Assembly: GCA_013265495.1 (NCBI GenBank)
Contig: MU063896.1
Coordinates: forward strand, 5,158,386-5,222,385
Length of the DNA stretch: 64,000 bases
From: Vicugna vicugna
Lineage: Eukaryota
Direction: 5' to 3'
The notes under the pieces were generated by a model that was not told the origin of the DNA, ran no database searches, and saw only the letters and a program-made list of their open reading frames with translations. The translations under genes and the position numbers were made by a program. This document shows positions 48,001 to 60,500 of this stretch, piece by piece; the first letter of the stretch is position 1; every line of letters begins with the position of its first letter.

Positions 48001-51000
48001 ATTTAATGGTGGGTTAGAGATAAGAAAGTCTGAAAGATAGAGACAGAAAGAGACTCAAGGAAATGGGGCCCCATGGAATACAGCCTAACACACAGTATGC
48101 ACACTCCCCAGCAAACCAGCCTATAAAACAAATATGACAAACGTGTACAATCTGTTCTTTCTAGTTGCATGTGAGTTATCCTCTACTTGAAATCACTGTG
48201 TCAAGCACCAACCACATGCTTTTTTGGCAATTTGCTACTTACCATTTGGCCCCAATTTCCATGGCACTTCCTCCAAAACGTCTTCCTTGACTGCCCATGG
48301 CTTGGAAATGTGTCTCTTTTAGGTGCTCTTATTGTGTGATTTTCTATTTGAATATCTTTTGCCTCAACTGTATTAGTAAGCTCCTTTAAGTAAAATTTCT
48401 GTTTGTTCACCATTTGACATCATATCCCAGGGACCTACCACAAGCCAGTGTATGGCTTAGTAAAAATCTTTGCAACAAATCCACTTTGTATCCCTGCCAA
48501 GTCTATTAAAATGTTTTGCACATAGTAGGTATTCAATATATATTTGTAAATTTTAATTTAAAAATCTTTTCTGTCATGAAGTGTGTGATTAGTTAAATTT
48601 TAATGCTCAGGAAATTAAACTTCTTCTCAATGAGCAAGAAACATACAATTTTTCTTACAGATAATCCTAGGTAAGAATTGACTCAATATTGCTTTTAGCA
48701 GGCAGTCCTGAGTTTTGAAATCATTGAGGCATCTATAAAAGGCTATAAAGTCATATGAAAAAGGCTATGAAAATACACTGCCAAAATCAGATGCAACTGT
48801 CTGAGCTTTCAATTCAATTCTCTTTCGTTGTTGTTGTTATTAAAACATATGGTTCACTAAGGGCCCAAGATCTCTTTGGAATCTGAGTGTTTCCCATGAT
48901 TGTTCTAGGTTGGCTACTGTTCTCAAGTGCGTACCTTCAGGATCTGTCTCAGTGCCAGACTATCGGTGGGATGCCAAGGGATGCTGTCCACTATATATCC
49001 GTGCTGCTGCGATTAACACTGACTGGGTCGGTTAACACTGACTGGTGGCCACTCCTGCTAAGAGCAATACAAAGATGACCAGTCCTGAGAGGACAAGAAG
49101 ATCCGACCCTGGGGCTGCTCCCTCCTGTGGAGCAGTGATGAGCTGCCATTCTCAGAGCCACTGCACATTCCACGCCAGGAAATGGGGTAGGGGGGGATTG
49201 GGAAGGACCTGGTGGTCGCTGGACAGGTTCCCTGGACTTGCTGACTACCCCATGTTTTCTCACAGAAAACTCTTATCACTTGGGGTGACAGAAGTGTGTC
49301 TCTCATTTTTCATACTCTATCTTTTCTATCAGAGGAATTAAGAAATGAAAATCTGGAGACATTCTGAAACCTAAGCCAAATTCAAGAAGACGGCAAGAAG
49401 AGAGAAGAGGAAAAGTTAGGGAAAATGAAAAAAATATCTAACCAATTAGGAAATGCCATTAATTTCTTCAGTTGGTGTTGCTGCAAATTTGAAAAAAATA
49501 AATTGCCAAGAATTGAGACACATAAATTTAGAAGGACAAGGCTAATTTAAATTTCTGAAATAGGTGCATGTACTCATTTTTTAAATAAATAATACCTGTT
49601 AAGAGAAAAACAGCACTTGTTTGAACTCCATTTGAAACCCCTCTTTAAGAAAAAAAAATCCTATTTAATGCTGGCATTTGTTCAATTACACATTCATCTA
49701 TGAATGATAAAATTATATTTTAGTTGATACTCCACAGCAGTTAAGTCCCTGCCATCTCCCCGATCTATTCAGTAATTATGAAAAAATCTTTACATTACCA
49801 ATGGGAAGCCTTCATTAAAGAGTCTCTTTTTATTCCTATTTATTTCTCCTTGAAATATGTGAAAAAGGGAAAGATAATCTAAGCCTTAACTCTCCACTAG
49901 AGTTGAATACGCCCCTTGCCAAAAATATTACTACAGTAAACCTTCCTATTTAAGAAAAAATTTCAAGTCATAAGAAAAGCTGTATAACTAGTACAGATTA
50001 AAACTAAGATAACAAACTTTTGTGATCATGTAAAAACCAAACAGCAGGGCTGTTCTTAAGAATCATTAGAGCAAAACAGTGGGATCCTATTTCCTCTACA
50101 CACTGAGAGGTAAAGAAGAGATTTGAAGAGCATATAATCATGCTATTTAATAAAGGGATATTATACATTTCCAGGTCAGTGGCCCAAGTTCCCAGCTTGC
50201 TGGATAAAGTAAAAAAATAGACTGAGAAGGGTATTACTCATATCAATTGATCTACAAGATCATTTGAAATTGTACACCAGCAGGAAGAAAACCTACCTGA
50301 ACCCTAAAGAAGAACAGGAACTTTGTTTCATCAATGAGCAGACACCTGACTAGCAAAAGAGACATGCATTGATAAGATCTGTTTACAACGTCCCGCCAGC
50401 ATGAACAGAAAGAGCTCCCAAGGACAACCATCAATCAGTGTACACGCAGGCTGTGTTAAGGAAGCCCTCAGTGTCACCATAATCCTGGCAATCGGAGTAA
50501 CCTTGGCCTTTAGAGTAGTTTGCAGCTTCCAAAACCACTCTGGCAGCATATGGCATCTAGTAATGAAAATGTAATATAAAGACACAGTAGCCCCTGCAGA
50601 GAATATGCTGGAATGTGGGTGCAGCGGATCTCTGTTTTGGCTGACGTCTTATCAAGGCAGTTTATATATTTTATACCTCAACTCCCTTAGACTGCCCTCT
50701 GCAAAAAGTGGAGGCAAGAGGTTAAAAATTAACCCATTTTGAAAGCAGTAGACACAACAATGTTCAAATATACAGAGAGCAAGAAATGGTTAACTCTTCA
50801 GAAAAGAAATTTGAGGTCCCTAAAGCCTAGGGACTAAAAGAGACGAAATATTTAAAACAAGGCCATCTTTGAAAAAAACAGAAGTTGAATTTAAAAATCA
50901 ATTCAATATGCATTGCCTTGTCCCCAAAGCACATATAGTATTCATCTGTTATAATCACTGGAAATTCTGATTCTCAGAACAGATTAGGTGGAAAAGTCCC

Positions 51001-52399
51001 AGGAAAGCACTGAGTGGGGGCTAAGTAGTCAGCCTTCCTTCTCCTCCCTAGACCTAAGAAGGTGATAGAATGGGATAGCTAGTCCTTCCCAAACTGGATT
51101 CACCCTGGAAAATGTGGGAAAAAAAAAAAAAAACAAACTCAGGGCTGTCATCTGGTCACTTGGCAATGCATTGCAGAAAGGGGAGCTGGACCTCTTGGTA
51201 AGTAATTAGCTACTCGAAAGCTTGCCCTCACTTATCCTTTGGTTCTTCAGAGAAGAGAGGAAGAAAAAAAGGGATAATTATTCAGCAGGTTAAAAAATTG
51301 GTGTGGATTAAGCATAACTACATATGCAAGAATCCCCAGGAAGAAGTGAGATTTTTTTTTTTAAAGAAGAAAGAAAGAGTAAAAGAAAAGGAAAATGATC
51401 ATCGGGCATGGTTATCTTCTATGTCAAAGTTTCTATTTTGGGAAAATTTAAATTTAACTTTTAGATTAACTATATTTAAATAACATGTTTAGTATTTAAT
51501 TAAATATTAATTCTCATTAATTATTTAATTTAAAATAATTTAAACACCATTATTTGAGTATCAAGATCTTGCCATGATGAGAAGTACATAACTTTTCAAC
51601 AGAAAAATAAATGCATTTATTATATCTATTAATTATCTATGTTGTTTATATATAATTAATAGAAAAATAGGGAATAATATCCATAGGAATTTGATTTCAA
51701 CTAGGTCCCAATGTAAAGCTCATTTCTACAGCTCTTTAAAAGGTTATCATCCTAGTACAGTAGGATTATAAAGCTATCTTTTAATGTTTCGGATTTTTTC
51801 TCCATTATTTTTAATAGATAGGCAATGTACCTAAATCAGTGAGATATTTTTATAGAGAGGTCAGAGTAGCCCTGGATTTTTACATTCTTCTAAATAAGGA
51901 ATGCAGTGTCCTAAGATAAGAGGAGACAGTCTTAGATATTTTGAATTAAGCAACTCAGTGTGTTCCCTTGAAGGGAAAGGAAAATAATATATTCATTATT
52001 ACTTATTCCAAACCTCTAACAAAATGTTATATTTAAAAACAAAGACTGTTCCAAAAGATCCTAACAGCTCAAGAAAAGCTGTTGCTTCCTTCTTGCCATC
52101 CTTTATTATTTCGTTCGTTGTCAAACATTTATTAAGAGCAAAACAGTACATAATTTAGAGGAATCAGGTAGTAGGGAGTCTTAAATTTTCTCCATTTAAA
52201 GACATATTCAACAACATATTTCATTTGCGCGTGAGCAGTCCGTGTTCAATTAGTCATTACATATTAACTCAAAATGGACAGTCACCAATATCAGAATCAG
52301 AGGAATTAATTGACATAAACAGGTCCATTTCATATCCCTGTGGCCCATTTCAACTTTACTCCTTATAGTCCTTTCCTTATTTTCTAACTGCGACTATAT

Positions 52400-53040
52400 T
52401 TTTTCTCAGTTTCTTGAAACAGACATGCCCCTTCCTGACACAGGCCCTTTGCACCTTCTACTGCCACTGCCTAGAACACTGTCCGCCTAACTTCTACTTC
52501 TCATCCCTCAGATAAACCATTCTTTCTGTGGGGAAGTTTTCAATCCATGCCCTTTAGTTTCATGTATGCATATGTGCAACTATGTAATTACTATTTATCA
52601 GCTTCTGCTACTCAGAATGCTGTGTGACACCAGAGGTGATGTAGTATGTGCTTCCCACTGTGTCCCCAGCAGTCAGGACAGTGCCTGGCACACAGTGGAC
52701 AATCACAGATATTCCTTTAGTGATGACTGAAACCATCATGAAAGGCCCTATAGGAGACAATATTAGGGTGCCAAAACAGTATCTTGGAACCCTCACAGGG
52801 TTTGAAAACTTCTAGGGGAGAAAAGACACACAGGAGATGAAAAAGAAAATATAGGCAAGTTTTCAAGGAAGCTGTGGACTGAGTGAAGGTGGATAAGGTG
52901 AGTTCTCTGGCCCCTTTTAAGTCTGGGATGCTGTGCGAATTAGAAAAAAAGAAGGTAAGAACATCTGGGTGGAACAAATATCAGGGCAAAGATACTGAGG
53001 GCTGAAAAAGCAAAAGCTATGCATGGAACAGTAGGCAGAC
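52400..53040. mobile_element. Cluster of L2 fragments in both orientations
   Basis: caggccctttgcaccttc..ctgcc.ctgcctagaacact and tgtccccagcagtcaggacagtgcctggcaca.ag are L2 3' motifs. Confidence 0.55.
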
Positions 53041-53324
53041 CATTCGCTGAATCAGAGGGACTGAGTCAGGAGGAAGAGGTGAGGCAGCAAGGTGCTGGGA
53101 GGCCTGTGGCAGGAATATCTTCGCCCAGCACTGCTGGCACCGGTTTCCATCAGCGCAAACTAGCGTGGCGGTGACCACAAGAGGGGAGCATTTTTAAGAC
53201 ACAAAAAAATGACAAAGTGTCTTTTTTCAATGACTGGAAATAGAGAATTAAGTTTTAAAATGACAGTTTTTCCAGAACAAGATTATAAAGTGGTAAGAGA
53301 ATAATGATAAATAACCACATGGTG

Positions 53325-53620
53325 ATCTAATCATTTAGGAACAAGTTGCGCTACAAGTAACAGAAAAATCCACGCTACAATGACTTGTTAACCAAATGAA
53401 AGGGGTTTTTCCCCCTGACATGTGAAACCAGAGGCAAGCAGCTCAGAGTTTGGTGAGGCAGTTCCATCAGGTCACCACTGTTCCAGGCTCTTTCTGTCTG
53501 TCCACGATTCTCAAGGTCACAAGCTGGATGATCCCTACACCACCACTGCAAAAACTCTGAACTTGTACACATTTGCAGGTTATTACATCTCAATGGGAAA
53601 ATTATAGGGCATGCCTGGGT
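53325..53620 (-). mobile_element. Old MLT1 (K/L-like) LTR fragment
   Basis: gctacaagtaacagaaaa.tcca...gacttg.taaccaaa...ctgacatgtgaaaccagaggcaagcagct resembles an antisense old MLT1 end. Confidence 0.5.
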
Positions 53621-56399
53621 AAGGAGATAAACTTTTTCAGAGTTAAAGGAGCTGTGTTATTGGGGAGCCATACAGATCTTCCAGGAGTTCCAGATATGAA
53701 TTGAAAATGCAAGGATGAAATTTTATGCTGTATTGATTCATTTCCCATCCAGCATCAGGCTAAAGAGGCCCAGTGTGGCCTCCCACCTGGAAATGCCCCC
53801 ACCTGGCATGGCAGGGGACTTCACACCACCACACCTGACAGCCAGGATCAGTGACACTGCAAAATCATGCCACGTCTAGGCCTCCAACCAAGAGAAGAGA
53901 GCCGGTCTGCAGGCACAGGGAGGCCCAGGTCTCCTCAAAACCCTTCTACTCTCCTTTCTCCCTACTCTGTTCTGCCTCCTTCGCGCTCTCCGGCTCAGGC
54001 CAAGAGCCCAGCAGACTGCTCCTTCCTTGAGCTCCCTTTCTCCCAACAGGAGAGCAGGACCCTAACTCAAGCAGGGGTTCAATTTTATAAAGCAAGAAAT
54101 CGGAAGCCCTTTCAGCATGCTCTGTTATGTGGTAGGGAAAAAAGGCAAAAGAAACAGCTCCAATTTCATTATAAAAGAAGGCGAACATTAAAAACTAAGT
54201 CTAAAAATATCCCAAACCATGGATACACACATATACATATGTATATATTCATGTTATTTTAGGACCTAAATCCAACACGAATAATAAAGAGGATCAAATC
54301 ACAAATCCCACCCTAGTGTTTCCAGTGACTTCATCAAAGGAGCGCTCTCTGAAGCCTGAGTGTTTTTGAAACTCATGTAATTCCTGTGAAGATGCCAGTG
54401 CTGACTAATTCATCTTTGAAGTAAAAAAAAAAAAAAAAAAACTTCACAAGTGCTAATGCTTATTCATATTTAAAGCAGAAAACCACCGGTCATGCTTATG
54501 TTGGACACAATGTTATTCCAGTATCTCATTTCAGTTTTTCAGCAGTCGTTTGTTCCCAGAATAACCATAAGACCTGTCTAAGCGAAAAAGTTAATAACTG
54601 TTTCACATAGTGAGAAAGGACAAGGTGGGGAGGGGTGGGGGGAAAGAAGAGGTTTAAATGAGAAGGGGAAACACGAGGAGAGGAAAGAGAATATTTGTTA
54701 GGTCCCAGGACACACCAGACTTTTTACCGTGATTCTTGAGCTGCCTGGCATCAACTGAAGCACATTTAGGAACCACCTTATCTCACTGACTTTTAAAAGC
54801 ATTTCTTCTCACATTTAACTCCTCTGAAACTTAGATGAAATTCACCAACAGTTGTATGTCATAGTTTAATTGGAAGCATATCAAATAATGATACTTCTTG
54901 TAATTGAAGATGCCAAAGAACCAAAGAAATATGCTATATTCAGTCTTTCTGGGACATCAGGGGGTATTCTTTTATGAACTTACAATAGCATGCAAAATGT
55001 CACTTTCTAGACCTAACATTCCCACGCTGCGACAGCACTAGGAAAAACTGACTTCGTCTATTTCTGTCATTTTACCTTTCCTTCCTTTCTCTAAATATTT
55101 ATTTTATATCAGTGCAAAGCATGTATATCAGTGTGAAACATGTTCATTCCCATAAAAGAAATGGAATCAATTCTGTTAGAATCGTAAAGCACTGAAGGTT
55201 AGAAGGAAGCTAGAAAACGTCCACTGACATCTTCGCATTTTACCAGAGAAGAAGCTGTGACTCAGAGGATCTGAGACCCAGGGACCTCCAGCGGGTCACT
55301 GGCAGAACCCGCCAGGGAGCCTCATCTCTGGGCTCCCACCTGATTCTGTTCTTTCCACTCTGCTTCTCCGACTTTCCCACTGCTTTAAGCTGCTGCTTCG
55401 ACACGATATCTTGGACAAAAGTATTAGATAACTAAAAACCAGAACATAAGTTTGCATATAGGTCCCAAAGCACCTAGCTATTTGAATGTTAACAAAGGTC
55501 GTTCTTTGTGTTTCACTTTTTTCAGCACAACCTGCCAGAAAAAATTGCATATGCGCGGAAACAGCCAGCAGAGGGAGTCTTTATTTCTCAGCGCAAATAG
55601 AGAAAGAAAATAAGATGCTTTGAAAATTACAACTTTAACATTGTTAACCCTGTGGAGGTCCTTCCTCATATAGTTGTAAGATTCTGGTAAGTTTAAATCT
55701 ATTTTTAAATATTCTTTACTATTTGAATTTTTAAGATAAATCATGTTTATATTTTTAATAAGAAAGATGGAGGGGAGGCAGTGGTATATAAAGTCACTTC
55801 AGCAAGAACCTTTCCTGGAACTCAAGCTGGAGGTCCTCCCTGGCATTTAGAATGATGTCAAAATTTTTCTTCAAATCTTGGTAGAACTACCCAAGCTAAT
55901 TTTAGACTTGTGAAACTATAAAATAATATTCCTGATATTTTCACAAACCCAACTGAATGTCTATGTCCAAATATGCAGGTCCTTCCTATTAGGAGGCTAT
56001 AGGGAATTTAGGACAATGCTGTTCTTGCCAAAATGGTTTTTGAATTCCTCTTTTGGAACTGTCTTAAGAGGAAGCATTTTTAATATCGTACAGGGGTAGA
56101 AAATCTTTATCCTTTCAGAGGGTTTAATATCAGAAATTACCAAAAGTCTTACTTCTTTTTTTCTGCCTAAAAGAGATTCTATTTTCTGGATTTGGCTTAG
56201 GGTACTGGGGCACGGCCAGGAGAGCCAGCCCTAAGACCGCCCCCAAGCAAGAGTCTTAGACTGTTAATCAGCCCAGCTATTTTTAATCTGCCTTCATTGC
56301 CAAACGTGGACCAGACATTGTGGTTTGCAAACTAACATGAGGCATGGCCCTCATTCTCACGGAAATGTGTTCAGTCCAGGTGCTTGTGGTGATGGTGGA

Positions 56400-56940
56400 C
56401 TCCAGAATCTGCTAGACCACCAGCTTATCAATGATGAGTCTTGGATTCCTCACCCTGTAAAATGGGCAAAATGCTGGCAAACTGACAGCACTCAATTCAT
56501 GTTCATGACTATTATAAATTTTTGAAAGCAGAATGAGTAAGTCCCAAGAGATTCCTACTGAGCTCTAAGGAACTTTGACATGTGGCTTAATCACTATATC
56601 TTTGAGGCAAGATTTGGTGCATAATAAAGGAAAAATTACCAGGAGGGCAAAAGATTGACGGGTAGTAAAGGTGGGATTTGTCCGAGGACCAGAATACACA
56701 GAGGTGAGGCCAGGGTGTGGCAGCTGCGCAGTGGAGCCCAGCTCTGCAGCACGCGGGTGCCCACCAATTCTGACAGGCAGCCCCCTGTGCTAAGGGCCCA
56801 CCTGGAGCTCAGTCCTGCCTTGTCACTCATTAGCACTATGCTTTGGGTAAGATATTTAACTTCTCCAAGCTGTGTTTGTCCACCAACCTTGCAGTGTTCT
56901 TATGAGGATTAAAGAGAATGTACAATCAGTGCTGAGTGCA
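56400..56940 (+). mobile_element. Two MIR fragments (about 56400-56480 and 56830-56940)
   Basis: ttcctcaccctgtaaaatggg; ctttgggtaagatatttaacttctc.aagct...tgaggattaaagagaatg. Confidence 0.55.
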
Positions 56941-57787
56941 GTTACAGCTGTTTTTATTTTTACTGCTGTGTGCACCAGGCAGGGAATGCTCCAAACTGCC
57001 CATAGCAGCAAGCTGGGGGTGACAGAGGTCATGCAATGGCAGTGTGGACCAGCTGAGGTGGGCCCTGAGTGCACAGCTTCTCACCACAGGGTCTGGAACC
57101 CGGGTAAAAGGAAATGAATGCCACAGAGAGACAAATGCAGAGAAGAAAACGCCACTGGCAGGTCAATATAAAAAAAAAAAGCACCCAATTTTGCTTTTTC
57201 CAAAATTGTGTTTATTCAACAAATAGTAATTATATACCAACTCTGTACCTCCCCTATGCTGGACACTTGAGTCCAGTGGCAACCAAAAATGACACAGCCC
57301 CTACCATCATATAGCTCACACTCCAGTGATGTCATCTTTGTCTATCAAAACAATATATTAACACTAAGCACAACTGCACCTCTTTCAAATACGTAAGCCA
57401 GAAGTCCCTGCCTGATACTCCCTAGGACAGTAAAAGAAGTCCTCTAAACACCTCTCCTACTGTATTTAAATCTATACTCCCAGATTTGTAAAAGATATTT
57501 ACCAGCATATAATACTTCGATTATTTTTTTAAATTCAAAACTGAAAGTTAGCAGAGGGAAACAGAATTTGAAAGGCATAGTCTTTCTTCCCCTAACTGCA
57601 CTGTATCAAGGATAACCACTTTTTGTTTGATTCATTTGCTACAAGAAAATTTTTGGATAACTACCTTAATAAGATAGGGCCCCCCGGAAAATTTGAAATC
57701 ATAGTCATAGGGAGATTTTAAACTGTTTATGAAACTAGCAAAACAAGCCATTTACAGATGAGGGGGAAAAAAGGAATTCACATTTGT

Positions 57788-57990
57788 TGAGTTTCTACTA
57801 TGTGTCAAGTACTTCTAAATGTTTGTTCTACTTAAACTTCACAACTATTCTGTGAGGAAGCGTCACTATCCCCAAGACTGAGAAACTGAATCTCAGAAAG
57901 GTTTAAAAGAAGACACCTAAAGTCACACCACAGATCAGTGACAGAGCTGAGCTCAAATTCAGGGCTTCCTGGCTCTAAAACACAATCTCC
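57788..57990 (-). mobile_element. MIRb element
   Basis: tactatgtgtcaagtact...ttcacaactattctgtgagg...gactgagaaactgaatctcagaaaggtt...aaagtcacac...tgacagagctgagctcaaattcagg. Confidence 0.8.
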
Positions 57991-58396
57991 ACTCCATCAC
58001 ACTTCCTAAAATCTCACTCCCAGCAAAATTCATCTGTATAGCACTCTTCCTGGATGAATATGCAACTTGGGTACCCTGCCTGAAAAAATAAAAGGACAGA
58101 AAAAAGATCAAGGTTTAGCAAGAATGAGAGCTCCAGGTAAACAGCAATGACGATACTCACTACCACCTCACAACCACCTTCCAAGCAAGCCAGCCGTCTA
58201 AACTCAGGTCACCATCTGCGATCTCCACTGTCCTCCCCTACTCAGGAAACCTGCTCTTACTACATGTTCTACTATCTCCAATCACATAATAGAATACAGC
58301 TGTTCAAAAAGCATAACCATATTTTGTATCTGGCATGACAATAATAAAAATCCAAGGGACAAGCATTTTCTGAATGCCTGGTATGTTGGAGGCACT

Positions 58397-58889
58397 TGTG
58401 GTGGAGATGGCTACTTGCTCACCAAGATCCATTCTCCCCATCTCCATCCCTAATGAGTCCTGATTCTGGTAAGTGTGGAGCTCAAGGCCTACATCTATTT
58501 CCTGGCTTCCCTATACCCAGAGCTGACCACGTGACACACCCTAGCCAGTAAGATGTGAGTAGAAGCTCCTGGTGACTCCCCTGTGGCACGTTAACATCTG
58601 ACAGAATCAGCTGGGATGTCCTTGCTTCTTCCCATTCTGTGTGCCAGGAATGTGAGTAGGATGACTGGAGATTTGCATTATCTTTCCATAAAAGGAAAAG
58701 GGACCCACACTAAGGAAGATATAATAGAAAGCAAGGGGCTTGGTTGCCCGAGGACATTGCCGGACGGCTACGTTAGCTTTGGACTGATTCTTCTCGTAAA
58801 GTGAAAGAAAAATAAATCTCTCCCCTGTTTAATATGCTGTCATTTGAGTTTTCTGGGTACAGGAGATTAAATTCAGCCTGTAACTGACA
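58397..58889 (+). mobile_element. MLT1 (J/K-like) LTR
   Basis: tgtggtggagatggct.cttgctcaccaagatccattctcccc ... gaaagaaaaataaatctct...ctgtttaa ... taactgaca. Confidence 0.7.
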
Positions 58890-60023
58890 AAGCACTTTAT
58901 TTAAAGAGCTGTTCCCTTCAAAATGTAAAAATCTAGTTTTAGGACAAAAAAACATCAAATTTGGAGAACCAAACAGTTCAGGACACATAAAAAATACACA
59001 AGGATACACAGGGAAAACTAAAAGTCAAATCTGAAAAGCCAGAAAGCAAAAGATACACACCTAAGGGTAGCTAATAAGACTTAAATGCCATAAAATGTAA
59101 TAAGAAAATTATGTCACACGGCAGTAGTGACTGAACTGAGAAATGAGTAACAAGGGCGCATCCACTGATACCTGAATCAAGACACCATTAAAATGGACGA
59201 GATGAGAAAGAGTCTTAGAAGGCTCCAGGATGGTACCACAGTCTGAGCTGGGACACAGACATCAGCCTTTGGGAAAGCAGGCAGGATCCTGGGGTTGTCT
59301 ACAGGCCACGGAGCACAAGACTGGGGGCAGAAGTGCAGAGGGACAAATACAAAACCCTGTTCAGAGCACCGGGAGAAAAACGGAGACTTCGTACAAAGCT
59401 GGGACACCACCCTGCATCCAGGCCCTGAAGCACAGTGGCCGCTACATGAGCTTGCACTAATCTTGTGTGTATCTAACAGTTTCCAGGTAAAAATAATGAT
59501 GTGATGATCTGTATTCTTTCATTCTTTACAAGATTGTTTTTAGAAATTCACAGCAATAATTCTAATTGTACGAGGAAGGAAATGAATACAACCTGAACTA
59601 TCTCTTGTATAAATGAGAGCATGGCATTGCTCCACATTATTCTCATGAATTTTGGATTTTCAAAAGGCTTTGAATCTTAAGAAAAACATATTCTAAAAAT
59701 TATCCCTTTTTTCTCTGATTGAGGAAGACACTTCAGGATTTTGTGTGCTTATGAAAATCTCTCTTAATTGTAGTATGGATAAAGAATGTAGAAATGCTTG
59801 TAAACATAATTTGCAAAACAATTTTAATCCAATAGAGATAGAAATTTTCCTACCCATAGAATCAGAATATGGACATCTGGTCTGCTGACCTTGCAGCCTT
59901 TCTATCAAAAGAATGTGAATTTTATACTGCACTTAGTGTAAACCTTACAATGCTTGAGCCTTTTGTTAACTCTCTAAGACCTTAAAATAGTCTCTTGATG
60001 TAATGAACCCAATTAGAGCACTG

Positions 60024-60184
60024 NNNNNNNNNNNNNNNNNNNNNNNNNNNNNNNNNNNNNNNNNNNNNNNNNNNNNNNNNNNNNNNNNNNNNNNNNNNNN
60101 NNNNNNNNNNNNNNNNNNNNNNNNNNNNNNNNNNNNNNNNNNNNNNNNNNNNNNNNNNNNNNNNNNNNNNNNNNNNNNNNNNNN
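60024..60184. other. N gap (161 nt), intronic
   Basis: Run of N flanked on both sides by TAGAGCA. Confidence 0.99.
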
Positions 60185-60339
60185 TAGAGCATATGGGGGT
60201 TGGTGGAGGTACAGAGGAAGATGAAAGGATTTGCCTAAGATAATTCCAGACTAGAACATGAATGGCAATTATACACCATAAGGCAATTTCATTAACATAT
60301 TAATTTCAGGAGGTAACACATATCTAATATGAGAAACAC

Positions 60340-60500
60340 CCTGGAAGTCACAAGACCTAGATTCTATTTCTAGCTTTGCCATTGACCTTCTGGGTGACCT
60401 TGCATAAGTCACTCAATACCCAAGAGACTCAGTCTTCTCATTTGGAAAAAAAAAAAAAGGTATAACCTAGTAGTTTTCTGAGAAAAATGCTATGAGGTAA
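60340..60500 (+). mobile_element. MIR fragment
   Basis: gacctagattcta..tctagctttgccattgacc...gtgaccttgcataagtcact...ctcagtcttctcatttggaaaa. Confidence 0.7.

Noticed and set aside
53867-54262. 131-aa plus-strand ORF
   Set aside because: Low-complexity S/P-rich then K-rich translation ending in a CA/TA repeat, with no homology I recognise and no supported splice context.
49184-54642. Other G-rich motifs at 49184-49206 and 54624-54642
   Set aside because: Each has only three clean G3+ tracts, so they are marginal G4 candidates compared with 43137-43160.
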